Assembly: GCA_964252035.1 (NCBI GenBank)
Contig: OZ176208.1
Reading direction: 5' to 3' (one strand)
DNA length: 64,000 nt
From: Podarcis erhardii
Lineage: Eukaryota
The notes below the pieces were generated by a model that was not told the origin of the DNA, did not search any database, and worked only from the letters and a program-made list of their open reading frames with translations. Below are positions 37,008 through 50,744 of the stretch, piece after piece (positions within the stretch are counted from its first letter, which is position 1; each line of letters opens with the position of its first letter). Both the position numbers and the translations under genes were made by a program.

Positions 37008-40000
37008 TAGTTTATTTTAGAACCCTTCACTCCACTTGCAAAGGATGACACAAATCTGCATGTGACGCAAAGCATATTTGCAATGAAAAACTGTGTCCTC
37101 TTTTGCAAGTTGGCCCAATACACATCCTGGGTCCACAAAATCCTGTTGGCACCCCTTGTGGAAAGTGCCATCATATGATGCTCAGCAAGTTAAAGACAGA
37201 GCAAGAAAGAAAATTTACTCACAAAGAGATGAGAGAATAAGAAACCCGTTTTGAAGAATTTAACTAGATTAAAAAAAAGTCTGTGAACATTTGAAAGACT
37301 AATGAATGACAAAGACAGTTCATTGCAGATAAATGTTGAGCCACAGTGACTTTGATGAGTCTTTATAGCACAATTGTGCATGTATTATTTAAAAAGGGAA
37401 GAATGAAAAGGGGGGGAGAGTCAAAGGGGGGAAATCTATGTCATTGATGTAAGAACAGAAAGCCAACATACATGGAAGGGTAATGGCTCTAAGGGACCCT
37501 TGATGGCAAATGTCTGTGTGGTTTCTAAAAGACGAAACGAAAGAGAAAGAGCTTAAAAGATAGAAAAGATGGAGTCTCTGTGTGCCATAAAGTAGAATCA
37601 CAGCAATGTTTTGTTAAAAGGCGGGGGGGGGGGGGGAATTAGTGAAGAATGAATAACTCATACCAGCACAAAGGTAGCCTTTATCAAAAAAAAAAAAAAA
37701 AAAAAAAAAAGGAAAGGAAAAGGAAAGGAAAAAGATTACCACTTAGTCACCACTAAATGCTCCTTTTCTACAATGTTGGTGGAAAAGTATTAGTGGCGTT
37801 ATACCTAAAACTGACCTAATCCTTGCTCCGTGTATACATTACTAAATAAAGTTGACATTGATGAGAAGAGTGTCATGCAGACAGCAGAGAAAAACAGACA
37901 GCAGAGATGAAATTTAAAAGGTGGCCAGAGAAAGGCGATAAATATGGTGATATGAATATTCGTAACACAGTCACCTTTTGAAAACAGGCCAGCTAGTCCT
38001 TGAATCTGCAGGGACAAGATGAGTAGGAGAGTCTCATGGGACTTCTTGTGATAAGGGAACTAATAGTGTTCATAATTTGGAAACGTGTGTCGAGTCACAA
38101 TATTTTAATTCTTGTAATAATTGCAAACAGTGTTTGAAAGCAGGTCACTAATGCCTAACGTTAATTATAAACTCCTATAAACCCTCATTATCCTACGTGC
38201 AATTTTAACCATCCGAGTGGTTAGAAAAAACAAATGACATGAAGGCCCCATTGGCATTATACATTAAAAGCAGCCTCATGTCATGGATCCCACCGCCCCC
38301 AAATCCTGGGGATGGTGGTTTGCTAAAGATGCTTGTTCAGAGACCTCTATTCCTCTCACAGAGATACAATTCTCAGAGTGGCTTAACAGACAGTTCCTTT
38401 TGTCAGGGAACTCTGAGTATTGGAGCTCTGTAAGGAGAAAGGGGGGGGATAAAAGATGTACCAAGGAAATCTTCATTCATTTTGTGGGGGATCAGGAAGG
38501 GAGTACATCTTAAGACTGCCTTGGCAGCTCGGCAGCATTCCCTGTCTTATGGCACTACATTGTGAGCACAGGCAATAGGCCACCAGAGTGAAGCACTGAA
38601 AGACTGGACGAGTCACCAGTCCAGGCAAATCCATAGCCTGACCTCTGGCACAATGTGGGAAAATAAAGAACAATGTCTCATGTTGCACAGACAGCCAGGT
38701 AGTATTCCTTGGCTTCCTTTGCAGTGTAGCATAGCAGAACAGGGAGCATTGCCTAGTTATTTAAGCAAGATATCTCTGTGAGTTAGCAATGGTATTCACA
38801 GAAATTTGAATTCTCAAGCACCCCTAGGCTAGCAGCCGTTCAGTGCCTTTTTCAGCTACAATGGAAACATGTAAATCCCTTGTGAGACAGAGCCAAAGTA
38901 AAGAAAAATATATTATAGCCTTCATATTAGCACACCTGAAAATTAATTTTAGGTGGTAGACTAACCCCTAATTATAATTAGCTAGGCATGCTTTGCTGAC
39001 TACCATTCAGAGACCACTGAGGTTGTCTGTGAAATTTAGATAACAGCCATCATAGATAACAGACTTGCCATTGCTGGACTGATCCCTGTTCCACTAAGAA
39101 AGCAAAGTGAGACATGATCTTGATTTTGCTCTGGTTTGTTGACTTTTTCCAGTGCTGTGCAATCTGTACATCACGATCATCCTTGGGAAATGTAAAGAAA
39201 TCATAAATTAAAGTGACATTCTTCTTCATCCAGGAGCTAGTAGAAAGTGCCCGGCATTGCTTAGGAATTCTAAGAAACCAAAAGAACCAGTGTGCCAGTA
39301 TAGTTTTGAAAGGTTCAGTCTGCCATCTTGATTCAAAATTGTGCCCAGTTGTATCCAAACATAGACAAAAACCTGCTCCTTGATCTCAGGAACCATAAAG
39401 CAAATTTTAGTCACAGGATTTTAAGAGGTGTCCAAATGTGCACAGGGGAATTCAACTAAGTTTTACTCAAGATAGCCCCATTAAAAATAATGGCCATAAC
39501 ATAATAAATTTCAGTGAGTCTATTCTGTGTAAGACTTAGCTGAAATCCACCCAAAGAGAGCAAACAACTTTTCAAAATACAGCATATTGTAGACAGCTGG
39601 ATATATAGAAAAGCCAATTGTCATATTAATATCGGTAATATTTCAAATATTGATGAACAATCATAAATAAATTCCTGCGGGTCTTAATTTTTAAAGGATT
39701 TATGTATTTTTTTTAATTCTTTATGAATTTAAAAAGGAGATTGCCAAGAGTGCTGAAAACTACATTTTGAGTGTGCTGCAGCAGATGCCATGCCTGGTTT
39801 GGGATCAGGAGTCTTTCAGCTATGTGTCCAATGCGCCCTTAGGCAAGCAATATTTTGGATATGTTAGGCAGATTTCCTTTGCACCCACAAGGCTTATGCA
39901 ATTTGTTGTCATCTACTGGGAATTAGAGGCCCAAGCTGTAGGCAGAGGCCTGGAGAACTAATGATGACTCCCTGCAACCTTGTTGAAGACAAACAATTCA

Positions 40001-41004
40001 CAACGAAAATGTTTCAAAGCCACCTAACCTCCAATTGCATTTAAACTTTGGCCCTTTTAAATTTTTTTGAGCCTGGGCCAGGTGTCTTGGAAAATAAAAC
40101 GGGGTGTCCTCTGTATTCCTTCTTCTAGCCCCTAAAAAATTACTAGGTCTCTACATATTTAACTTGCCCCTAGGTATTCCTCATATTCTTTGGTGCCAAA
40201 ATTTTAATGATATCAATATTGGTGCCAATTTTTTTTTTTTAATACCAGCTGCACTGGATTAATTATCTGATTTACTCAAATGTCTGTTTCTGCAATAATT
40301 ATTGCCTTTGAGGATGTAACAGACTGCTGTGGGCAGACTGCAATGCTAAATCTTCTGTTTGAAGAGCTAGGAGAGTCCCCCCCCCCCTTCACACACACAC
40401 CCTTTGTTGCACTCTCATTTTTGGATGGTGTCTGTCTAGAAGGCTTCTATGCTTGCCCACACAGTTCTGTCTCTTTTTTTGTTTTTTGTTTTATCTCTGG
40501 ATAGCTTCCTCTGATTTATTTGCCACTAATTCCATTTTAAAAGCTTCCTTATGTTCAAGAGACTCCGACTTAACTTTATTTTAGATCAGTTAGTGGTTTA
40601 AAATGATATATCTATTTGTGACACATGTTCAGGAGTTAGTTCCCTTTGTGTTCAGCTCTATCAGATAAAAAAATTACAAAGAGTCAGGACAGAGTCTGTC
40701 TGTCCAATTTGTAGGAGCTTTTTGGCTGTTTGAAAATGGCAGCAACCATACTGACAATACAGGGGAGGTCCCAACAGAAATAGTCTACTTGTGTTTTCAG
40801 TCATTTAGTTTCTGACCAAATACACTTCAGGAAATTCACCAAACATTGAATAATGTTCCAGATTTAATTTTTTTTTTTTTTTTAATGTTCAAGGCAGAAA
40901 ACAACATTTTGGAGTGGGAACCTGGACATTACTGGTGGTATAGCAGTAAAACTGCTAACACATTTGCAAAGCTAAGCAGGGTCAAGGTATGGTTTCAATG
41001 TGCT

Positions 41005-41080
41005 GAGATTGCCGCACTGCAAGAGGTTGAAGTGGATGACACTTGGGGTCCCTTTCAACTCTAAATTCTATTATTCAATG
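41005..41080 (+). mobile_element. CR1-type 3' tail fragment (SINE or CR1)
   Basis: gcactgcaagaggttgaagtggatgacacttggggtccctttcaactctaaattctattattc resembles the tail of the SINE at 43506-43650. Confidence 0.55.
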
Positions 41081-41110
41081 AGAAGAAAGACGGAAAGATG
41101 TTCACACAAG

Positions 41111-41290
41111 CAGTGGCGTAGCGTGGGTTGTCAGCACCCGGGGCAAGGCAAGTAATTTGCGCCCCCTAACCCGTGGATTTGCGCCCCCTAACCCGTGGAT
41201 TTGCGCCCCCTAACCCGTGGATTTGCCCTAACCCCAGATGTTGCGCCCGGTGCGGCCGGCCCCCCCTGCACCCCCCACGCTACGCCACTG
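41111..41290. mobile_element. Young 180-bp hAT MITE with perfect TIRs and TSD
   Basis: 17-bp perfect TIR CAGTGGCGTAGCGTGGG; perfect 8-bp TSD CACACAAG (41103-41110, 41291-41298); internal 22-bp unit ATTTGCGCCCCCTAACCCGTGG three times (41155-41220). Confidence 0.95.
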
Positions 41291-43505
41291 CACACAAGGA
41301 TCTGTGCTTTTTCACTCATTCATAAATTATATAAATACAGTAATGAAAGAGTGAAGTAGCCATATTAGCAGATGATACATTATGTACCATGATGATACAT
41401 TATGTACCAATGTACTATATGGCATTGCCATTGGCACTCAAAGGCTGTCCCACCAATAATACGACAATACTAAGGTGCAAACCAGTAGTGAGGGAAGTCA
41501 CAGGGGGACTGGCAACAATGACCTGCTTGTGAACCACTCTGAAGTATCTGTTTGACCAGCTTTAGTTGAACACAGTGCTGAGCTAGAGTGATCATTGGTG
41601 CCTACCATGGCAATTCATGCATTATTGACAAAACAGCTGAAACCTGAGGCTCTGGGTGTGGCCATATTTGTCTCTAAGGTTTGCTACACTCGAGGAACAG
41701 GGTTTCCTATCCTCTGTATCCTTTTTTAATCATTGGCTATGATTCTAAGCACAAGCACAGATACTTGGAAGTAAGTTCAGCTCAAATCAATGGGGTCTGT
41801 ACTTCAAAGTGAATGCATTTAGGACTGATGGAGCAGTTCTTCCATTTTCTGTGAAAGGTTATCCTTTATCTGAGTGTCTCTTTCCACATCACAGTGCACT
41901 GAAGTCTAAATGCGAGTCACTCCTGTGCTACAAAAAAGAAGAAGTATGTCTACAGCTGAATCAGGAACCGCACAGGAATACAGGTGCATTATTCCTGCTT
42001 CATGGACCAGGGTTTAACTTCAAACTGAGCTGAAATTATTCAGAAAATAATTTTCTGACAAACGTTTGATTTTTTTTCTGCCTTTGAAGTTCCTCCAGAA
42101 CTTGGGAAAATCTCAGTCCTCCTCTGGGGAATATTCAGAGAAATGGCCTTCCCAAGCCACCATCCATGATTTGGGGGAATGATTATGGATTCAAGTTGTA
42201 ATATTTAACAATTAACAATTAACAATATATGTTAATATATATTAACATAGTCAAAGGATGCACTGGAATTGTCTCCTACGCTTTCTGATCACTTCCTTCT
42301 CTCAGCTCATTGCTGCAATCATCCACCAATATAAACTAGCAGTCCAGTTTCATTCCACATTTAGTGAGCCAACATTTTTTTAAAAAACAGATTTTTCCTA
42401 CATTTTTTTTTTAAGCTCTGACCTCACTATTTGGCTAAAAACAGTGAATGACAGGAGCAGCCAAGTGGGCTTATTTCACATCAATGGCTTTCAAGAGTAC
42501 CTACACATTTTTCTTCATAGCTTTCTTTATAAGAAGACTAGAGATGTAGTTATTTAATGAAAGTGCAATGCATGGGACAATGGCTATGATCTGTAACCCC
42601 TGTACCCTTCTCTACACAGGCCTGCGTCCTCATCTATTGTGAAATAAACAGAGGCCTTGTGCTGCTCCACCTAATACTAACTCCTATGAGGGCTGCATAC
42701 CTGATGTAACAATATACTGCACCTAGAAACACAGAACAGCTCTGATGACCCTTTGGATACATTAACTGAGACCCTGGTGTCCTGAAACACCCACCCTCAT
42801 AACTGATAGATCTTATGTATTACTGTTCCATGTTGCAGGGGTGGGGGTGGGAATTGGATGGTAAAGCAGGAAACCTGCGTCCAGTGAATCGTGCATGCTA
42901 TTTGTTAATCACAGCAAGGCATGCACCGTATATATGATTAATAGCAACATTGCACCAAAATGGATTAAGCCACACTGCATTATTCTTTGGTTGAGCACAG
43001 AGCCTTATTTAACCATCCTGATGGACGAACAGATGTGTAGTCAAAATGTCTATTGCAGTCATTAATTTGTTATCTATTCCTTGCTTTCCATTATCTCTAT
43101 TTCCCTTGCTTTCAAGTATTTCCAGTTTCAAGCTAATTAATTGTGCAAAAGAACCAGAGGCTAAAACAAACACAGGACACACTATGCAATTGTTTGATAA
43201 TACTCAGTCCCTTTCTTTCTACTTTATTAACGGTTTGTAGAAGGCATATATTCACTACAACCTCACATAGATTTTTTTTTATAAAAAAAATACCAGATGC
43301 ACTGCTGTGGCTTTCTCCAAGTAATCTGAGGAATTATTGGTGACAGGACTGGTAATTGTTTTGACAGAGATCTCTAGCCTGCCCTCTTTTCCAAAAATCT
43401 CCCTTGGGGAAATGAGTTACTGTTAATCCCATTTACATCCATAGTAGATTCGTCCAGATGTAAAGAACTACTTTATTAGGCATACACTTTACTAAGTCTA
43501 CATTA

Positions 43506-43650
43506 ATAGAATCATTGAATCTTAGAATTGCAGAGTTGGAAGTGATCCTGAGGATCATCTAGTCCAACCCCCTGCAATGCAGAAATATGCAACTGTTCCA
43601 TACGGGACTCAAACCTGTGACCTTGGTGTTATCAGCGCCATGCTCTTCCA
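43506..43650 (-). mobile_element. tRNA(Ile)-headed SINE with CR1 tail (Squam2-like)
   Basis: Reverse complement reads gagcatggcgctgataacaccaaggtcacaggtttgagtcccg (tRNA-Ile-like) then gcattgcagggggttggactagatgatcctc...ccaactct...gattc (CR1 3' end). Confidence 0.85.
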
Positions 43651-44781
43651 TATTAGGTCCTTATTGGGTACTTCCTTGTAACCTGACTCATTGTTAGATC
43701 AGCAAAAAATCACTATCAATTTTTAAAATCAGTTATTAAAATATATATTATTAGCCGGGGCAAAAACTTTGACAAGGAATATGTTATTAAGCAGTGTCTA
43801 CTGCTTAAATAGAAGCTAAAGCTCGAGCAAATTTGAACCTTGGGGGACACATTGCTAGGTTTTTCTAAGAAAAGTAATTAACTAATTCAATGGGTCTGCT
43901 CAATTTCATTCTAGATTAAGATGTGGTCTCTCCTTTAAAAGAAAAAGGAAAAGGAAAAAACCTAAAAGCATAGAATTTTGAGCAGGATTCCATTTTTCAT
44001 GATACTACAATACATCAGATTAGCAAATGCCCAATTTTCACATTATGTTTAAACATGAACCATAAAATTATGTTACATTAATTGTGCCTGCTTAAGATGT
44101 TTTTTGAATGTGTCTGTGTGGAGGATTCTTCAGACGGTAAAAATGGTTCTTTAGCAAGCTCAAGAAACCATTTGAAAAATGGGAATCATGCTGGCATAGG
44201 GAATACAATCTCTCACCATGCCAGGATGCATTTAGCCCTGTTAATTTGATTAAAATTGTGTATATTGTGTTTTCAAAAGAAAGGAATTCTAAGTCAGCCT
44301 TCCCTAGCTTGGTCCTTTCAGATATTTTGGATTATAACACTCTTCAGCCCTATCCAACATGGCTGAGGATGCTCTGGACTGGGAGTGAAGGACCTCAAAC
44401 CCAGGGATTGAATCTGTCTCTTGGGACTTGCCCCAAGGCATCACACCCACTGTCCCTACTTGGCATTGAGTGTTTTTACCTGGTGAAATGCATTATCAAA
44501 CTCAAATAATGCCTCTTGCTTTCATGGATGGAGGACAGAGAGATCCCTGTGGAAAATATAAAATAGCCTACCGTACAAAAGTAAGGTAGTGGCCCACTTT
44601 AGCCTCTGACCCTGCCCACCCCTCTGTCATGTGATTCCTGGAAAGATACACAGTAAGAAATGTAACTTTCAGGATAAAAATAAAAAAGGTTCATCACCCC
44701 TGGTCTAGAACTACATACCAAGTTGCCAACCTGTAAGAATAACTACCTTGTTTACAAGTGAAAAATGATTTCATTGGGATC

Positions 44782-44915
44782 GTCACACTTCTTTGAAGTC
44801 TCTCAGCTCCACTTTGTTGTGGGGGAGGAAGGGAAAGGAGAATGTTAGCCGCTTTGAGACTCCTTCGGGTAGTAATAAAGCGGGATATCAAATCCAAACT
44901 CTTCTTCTTCTTCTC
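44782..44915 (+). mobile_element. 3' half of a CORE-SINE (Squam3-like), with internal deletion
   Basis: Near-identical to 50533-50670 (ttgttgtgggggaggaagggaaaggagaatgttagccgctttgagactccttcgg...aaagcgggatatcaaatccaaactc) plus (CTT)n tail. Confidence 0.9.
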
Positions 44916-45496
44916 TCTGAATTGCCCTTCCAGCTGATCTGGAAGTAGAGAGCGATAGATATATATATGAATGGGATCACACATTTAATGTAATGTGTGG
45001 TTTAGCTCTCAGCTGTATGGTTCAAGAATTAATTTCCTGATGTTTCCAATTAAATAAAATGGGTTTAAAAACAAAAGCAAAAACAAAACGCATTTCACAA
45101 CAGGGCTGATGCTACCACCAGTAGCGAACAACTAGATTAGTCAGTTAGCCTTATATTCAGAGTATTTTGATATGCCCTATGATGGAATCATAACCCTCTT
45201 AAAGGAGCTTATACTTGGTTTTTAGTTTAAATGTTTTTATTTTTGAACAATAAAAAGTAACACAACACTTGAGATACTATAATTAAGGCTGCAGTAAAAA
45301 CTCGCTTACTTGGGAGGAAGCCCCACTCAGAGGGACTTCCTTCTAAATGGACAAGCATTGGATTGCCCTGTAAAGGAGAACAAAGCAGAAGGTCTTGAAT
45401 TTTTATTACTCCTAAAATATAGGTAGTGAAATATAACTTCACAGGCTTATATATCATACAAATGGCTGTTTGTATCATACAGTGGCAGACTGAGGA

Positions 45497-46069
45497 TGTC
45501 ACTGAGGGGTGGTTTGCAAAGGACTATGGGGAGGGCTCCAGCAGACTGGGGAGGTTGCTGCCTGCTCCAGGGGAATCTTATGTTGAGGATCCTGGGAATG
45601 GTCCAAGTGAGGGAGATGTTCCTCTACACTGGTTCTTGCCCTGCTTTGCAAGAGAGGGATGCTTTGCCTGTCCCATCAGCCTCACAGGAGGCAATGACAC
45701 TTTCCCTGTAACCTATGTCCCAGAGATGCCAATGGAGGCATGAACAGATGGATTAGGTTCAATACTTCCAGGCAGAGTATTAGCTTGCTTGCTAAGGAAC
45801 AGAACCACTTGCCCTGCTAACTTGTGTCCATCTCATTCCTTTATAACAGGATTGCTAGGGTAGTACCATTGTTGTATCCATGTATTTGCTTGAGTAGTCA
45901 TATCACTTATGGTGTCTTTGTAACTGTGTGTTTGAGTAGGTATGCGTATTGCCTGCTGTACCTTTCAATAGCCTTTTCAGATATGTATCACAGTGACTTG
46001 AACATTAAAGCTTTTGGGGGGAAAGCCATCATCTGAGTCTGTGTTAATCAGCGACTTGGAGTCAGGACA
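45497..46069 (+). mobile_element. Possible solo LTR
   Basis: Starts TGTCACTGA, ends GTCAGGACA (TG...CA, partial inverted termini), ATTAAA about 65 bp before the end, GC-richer than its flanks; no TSD found. Confidence 0.3.
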
Positions 46070-49000
46070 GTTTGTTGTATTTCTTTGGAGTTTGACATCA
46101 AACAATAGAGTTTCATTGCTAATATGTAACTTCTGATACAGTGGTTCCACCGTAAGAATGATGTGGTAGGATACCACCCATTGTAGCATCTATGTAGCAT
46201 CTAGTTTGGTTCTAAGATATGTAATCAGGGAGTAGTCCTCATGATGAGTCTGTTAGCCTCTGCAATGCTGCTAATTTGTTTTTGAGAACCCAGAGCTTTA
46301 TGCCGGTATGCATTTCAAGGATTTAGGTTCTATAATCTGGCAAGCAAAATCTTCCAAGAGAAGGACATTCCTATTTATGGGAAATCTATACAGATATTTC
46401 TTGGTTGAGCCTACTGGATCCAGTCATCTAAATATTCTGCTCAAATTCTATGCTTGATCTTTATCCTCTGTTCTGGAAGTACTGCAAGTCCCCACAACAA
46501 CATTTTATCTTGAAATTACTTTCTACTTTACATGCAATTTTCAAAACAATGTACAATCTTCAGCCTTTGTCTTTATAATGTCAGATCTGGTCATTCGTTT
46601 CCAATGCATGCTCTTTCTAAAACTCTAGAAGAATTTAAAGATTTGATTATCATTGTGTTCTTTACAAGTTTTTAGTTTAATCACTGCCTATTTATGTTTG
46701 AAATGCCTACTCCCCTTTATTTCCCTGAACACCCAATTTAGATGTTCAGGCACTGAGAAGTTTCCGACATGAAATAAATGATTCCATTTAATCTCGCATG
46801 TCTTTTTCTCCAAGAAGTCAAACAGTGATGGTGAACACTGGATTCTTGATTAAAGGGTATTTAAATAGGGGGGGGGGGGGACGATAGAAGGAAATTATCT
46901 GACTTCATCCAAAAAGCAAGGACATTTCAATGCTAAATTTGTTAATATATTTTTCATGCCCTTGTTTTGCACCCGCCATTTATGCTGTTCATCAAAAACT
47001 GATTTACAAATTCACTCATATTTAAAAGGTAGAAGTGTACCCTCAATTAACTATGAACAATAAGAATGTATAGGCCCAATGCCTATGTTTAAAATATAAC
47101 AACCCTTGACATAACATGCATATCCTTCTCTCTATATATTTTTCAGGATATTCTACTAATATTGATTGAGCAGTAATATCAGATCCCTCGGATCCAGTCC
47201 TCATTTTGCTGCATTTTTTACATCAATGACCTAGGTGACTACCAAGTCAATGTCTACCCTTGTTTCCTAATTACTGTTGGTAGCTACGCCACAGTTAGTG
47301 TGGGGGTGGGAAGGGAATAATTCATCCCACCTTGCTCCATTTGATGGCTTTGAATACTGTGATTTGCTCATTGTTGAGAAGTATACACTGTGGGCAGAGC
47401 TGAGATAAAGACCTCTCTGTTTCCTTGAGCTCCATGCACTGAATATTCCAGAGATCTTGAATATTCCAGAGATCTCAGCAGCAATGCCTCCTTCTGAATA
47501 TAAAACAATATATGCATGTTAAAGCCCCTAATGGAGCTTTGCCAATTGAATCTCCCCCCCCCCACCCGGTATATCTCAGATATATTATTTCCAATGGATT
47601 GCTTCTAAAGTTTTGGATTTTCTTATTGCGTCTTTGGGTTGTTTACATCAATACTTGGAGTTTATAATTGGGGTTGAATGGGGGCTGTTATATATTTTAA
47701 TACTCTTGTGGTGTTGGATTTCTCAGCAATGCTTTTTCTTTTTTAAAAATGGAAGGTATGTGTATTTAAACTAGATATAAAAATAATCGTTTCAGTCCCT
47801 GACAAAGCTTTGCAGCTGATTTTGTAGCTCACCCGGCCAACTTGCTTTATTTACATATGACACTGATGTTATTCTCTTTTTTGTAGCTTTTGTATGGTGA
47901 TTATTTCATAAATAGACTCTAATTGTTTTATTTTGTTACTGTCCACATTTATGCTGTGCTATGCTATGATGATGATTATTTAATTATGAACTTTTTTAAA
48001 GAACAATAACAAAAAATGAATGAGTTATATTCTTTCTTTTATAAAGAAAGAATGCTATTGTTGGTTTTCAGTTGAGCTTTGGGTATTAACAGATGCAAGC
48101 ATCAGAAGATGCAGTTACAATTACAGAGAAACAATAACAAAATATCCCCAAGACTCCGAAGTAGGTTGTAAACATTGCCACCAGTGAAATATATTGCCTC
48201 CATGAGTTATGTTCTTGCCATCCAAAATATCTTCAGAATCATTTCAGTAACATTCCACATGCCAGACTCAAGACAAGGGTCCAGTTCATGTGCATGGGCA
48301 TTGTGGGAAATACACAATGATGGTTGATACCACTATTGAAAAGCTAATCCCAGAATTCTGGTCCTAGCTTCCACACACACATACACACCACCAGTCTTCT
48401 CTGTTAGGAAGAAAGACTCCAGAACAAGGATCCTCACCCTAGCCAGGAAGCAGTGGGTCAGAGCATAGCAGCTGATGGACTGCCACATCATAAACCCTGC
48501 CACTCACATTGGCCAAGACAGAAGAGGGTGTGTTTACTTTTACCCCTGTGTTAGCCCTCAGGAGCCCCACTGCACCCCACAATCTGCAGGTTGTGGATCC
48601 AGCAAACACAAAATTGCTAGTGCCCCACCCTACAACACCCAGTTTCAATGCTTTCTGTTACTGCTGGTGGGAGAACTAAGAACAGTAGCTTCTTACCTGA
48701 CTGGGCACAGTGTGGACTCTAGAGTGATGGATGCCTCACTACCATGACCTGGGGAAATTGATGGAGAACAGCAGATAGACATCACTGCAATAGTCTAAAC
48801 GCCTCCAGTAACATAGATGAGCAGGTTAGTTTAGCTGTGTAGCAAACGGTTCATTATTTCTCTTTCAGCTAATGAGAGTTAAGGCTACTTTCATTTACTT
48901 AAATAGTCTCTCTTAAATCTGAAGGTTCAAACTGACCATTACCATAGACAGCCAAGCTCTCCAATAGGAAATTTTGATGCTGTATTGTCCGTCAGACCAT

Positions 49001-50139
49001 CTGTTTCTTCTCTATTGCACTGTAATCCTTATATTTCTTCTTCGTTCTCTTGATTGGCATAAGAAAAAAAGAAGATAGCCCTATGATTCTTAATGATATA
49101 TCAAAAAATGCATTCTTGGGATTAAATCACTGGTAATATACAAAAGAGAAGTGGAATTTCATGTCTGCCTTTAAATTTTAAGACAGCTTTTTAAGTAATA
49201 TTACTTATTTTATGATTGGCACAAAGTCCTTACACATAGCTAGGATTAACATTCCTTCAAAGAGACACAGAATGAAATACACTTTGATTGCAACTAATCT
49301 ATTTTGTCTAACTATTCTGTTCTCAGAGTCTAGCGACTGCCTGGAAGGTTCCTCTGTGTTAGAATGAATGTTATTTCTTTCCATGATTTCTATTTATCAC
49401 AGTGCTGTGGGACACTACTGGCAATTTAGAGAAGAATAATGCCCCACAGGTTAGAGACCAACAGCAGGAACTGCTCCCATAAAGACAAATGTACTGAAGA
49501 TTTATCTGTTTACCTATGTAATTTTTCCCCTCTTTAAAATACCGAGGGATTTTTGTGCATCATTTGCTCCTGATTTGTAAGAGCCTGTTGTCTAAAGGAA
49601 AGAAACATAGCACTTTCTACTCCTCACAGATACAATTCCTCATTTCCAAGATCCTTGTAAGAAATCAGAAATTATTTCATAGTGAAATGTGTTCTGTGGA
49701 GTATTCAGTGAAGGCACAGGGATGCCTTAGGATGTGGGTAATTCTGACAGCTGGATCCACCACTCAGCTGGTGATATGAATTAAAGTCAGTATCACTCCA
49801 CTTTGCATGAGATGGGCAGAGCAATCCCATATTGACTTTGATGCTAGTGGGAGAGATTTGCCACCACTAATGACTGCCATATGTGAGCAGCCCAGGAGAT
49901 GAAGGAAAAACAAAACACTTGGGCTGCATTCAGATAGCATTGTATTTCATTTCCTTGACATGTCCTTACCTGAAAAAATTTGTGTTTTATGTGATTTTAT
50001 ACATGACATAAAAGGCACTTCTGGAAATCTAGCACAATCTAGCAGAGCACTCATTATCATGTTAGTTGCTTCCAGGGAAAAAAATAATGTTTGCAGCCCG
50101 TTAACCTGGAAAATCATGGGATGGGAGATTTGTGCCAAT

Positions 50140-50390
50140 ATGTAGACATGTAGTTCCCCAATGCTATTCTCTGATACAGGTCCTGCAGGTTGGAGCAGAT
50201 GCTCTCCAAAACAATGCCTTCAGCTCCCAGACCATGGAAACCGTCCAAGGAGGATGCCATGCCCAATTCTATCAAAAGCTGCTGGAAAATCCGACAGCAG
50301 CAGTGGAGTGGTATTCTCCCTGTCTCTGCCTTGAAGGTCATCTGTCAGGGCAACACTGGCCAATTCAGTCAAACCAAGGCTTGAAACTAG
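50140..50390 (-). mobile_element. L2 RT fragment
   Basis: Minus strand gives LASVALTDDLQGRDRENTTPLLLSDFPAAFDRIGHGILLG and, after a frameshift, GLGAEGIVLESICSNLQDLYQRIALG, matching L2 RT motifs. Confidence 0.75.
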
Positions 50391-50427
50391 ATGGGAATGG
50401 GTTCAAAAACCTGTTTGCACACGTAAA

Positions 50428-50712
50428 GGAGCCAGTGTGGTGTAGTGGTTAAGAGCAGTAGTCTCGTAATCTGGGGAACTGGGTTTGCGTCTCCGCTCCG
50501 CCACATGCAGCTGCTGGGTGACCTTGGGCTAGTCACACTTCTCTGAAGTATCTCAGCCCCACTCACCTCACAGAGTGTTTGTTGTGGGGGAGGAAGGGAA
50601 AGGAGAATGTTAGCCGCTTTGAGACTCCTTCGGATAGTGATAAAGCGGGATATCAAATCCAAACTCCTCCTCCTCCTCTTCTTCTTCTTCTTCTTCTTCT
50701 TCTTCTTCTTCT
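50428..50712 (+). mobile_element. Full-length CORE-SINE (Squam3/Ther1-derived type)
   Basis: tRNA-like head ggagccagtgtggtgtagtggttaagagc, CORE gctgggtgaccttgggctagtcac, 3' body shared with 44782-44915, (CTC)n(CTT)n tail. Confidence 0.92.
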
Positions 50713-50744
50713 ACATATTATACGTAAAAGATGTATTAACATTA

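Noticed and set aside
38279-38700. Second possible LTR starting TGTCATGG
   Set aside because: No definable 3' end, poly(A) signal or TSD.
41155-41235. Regularly spaced 22-bp repeats as a CRISPR-like array
   Set aside because: Head-to-tail tandem units with no unique spacers, inside a eukaryotic MITE.
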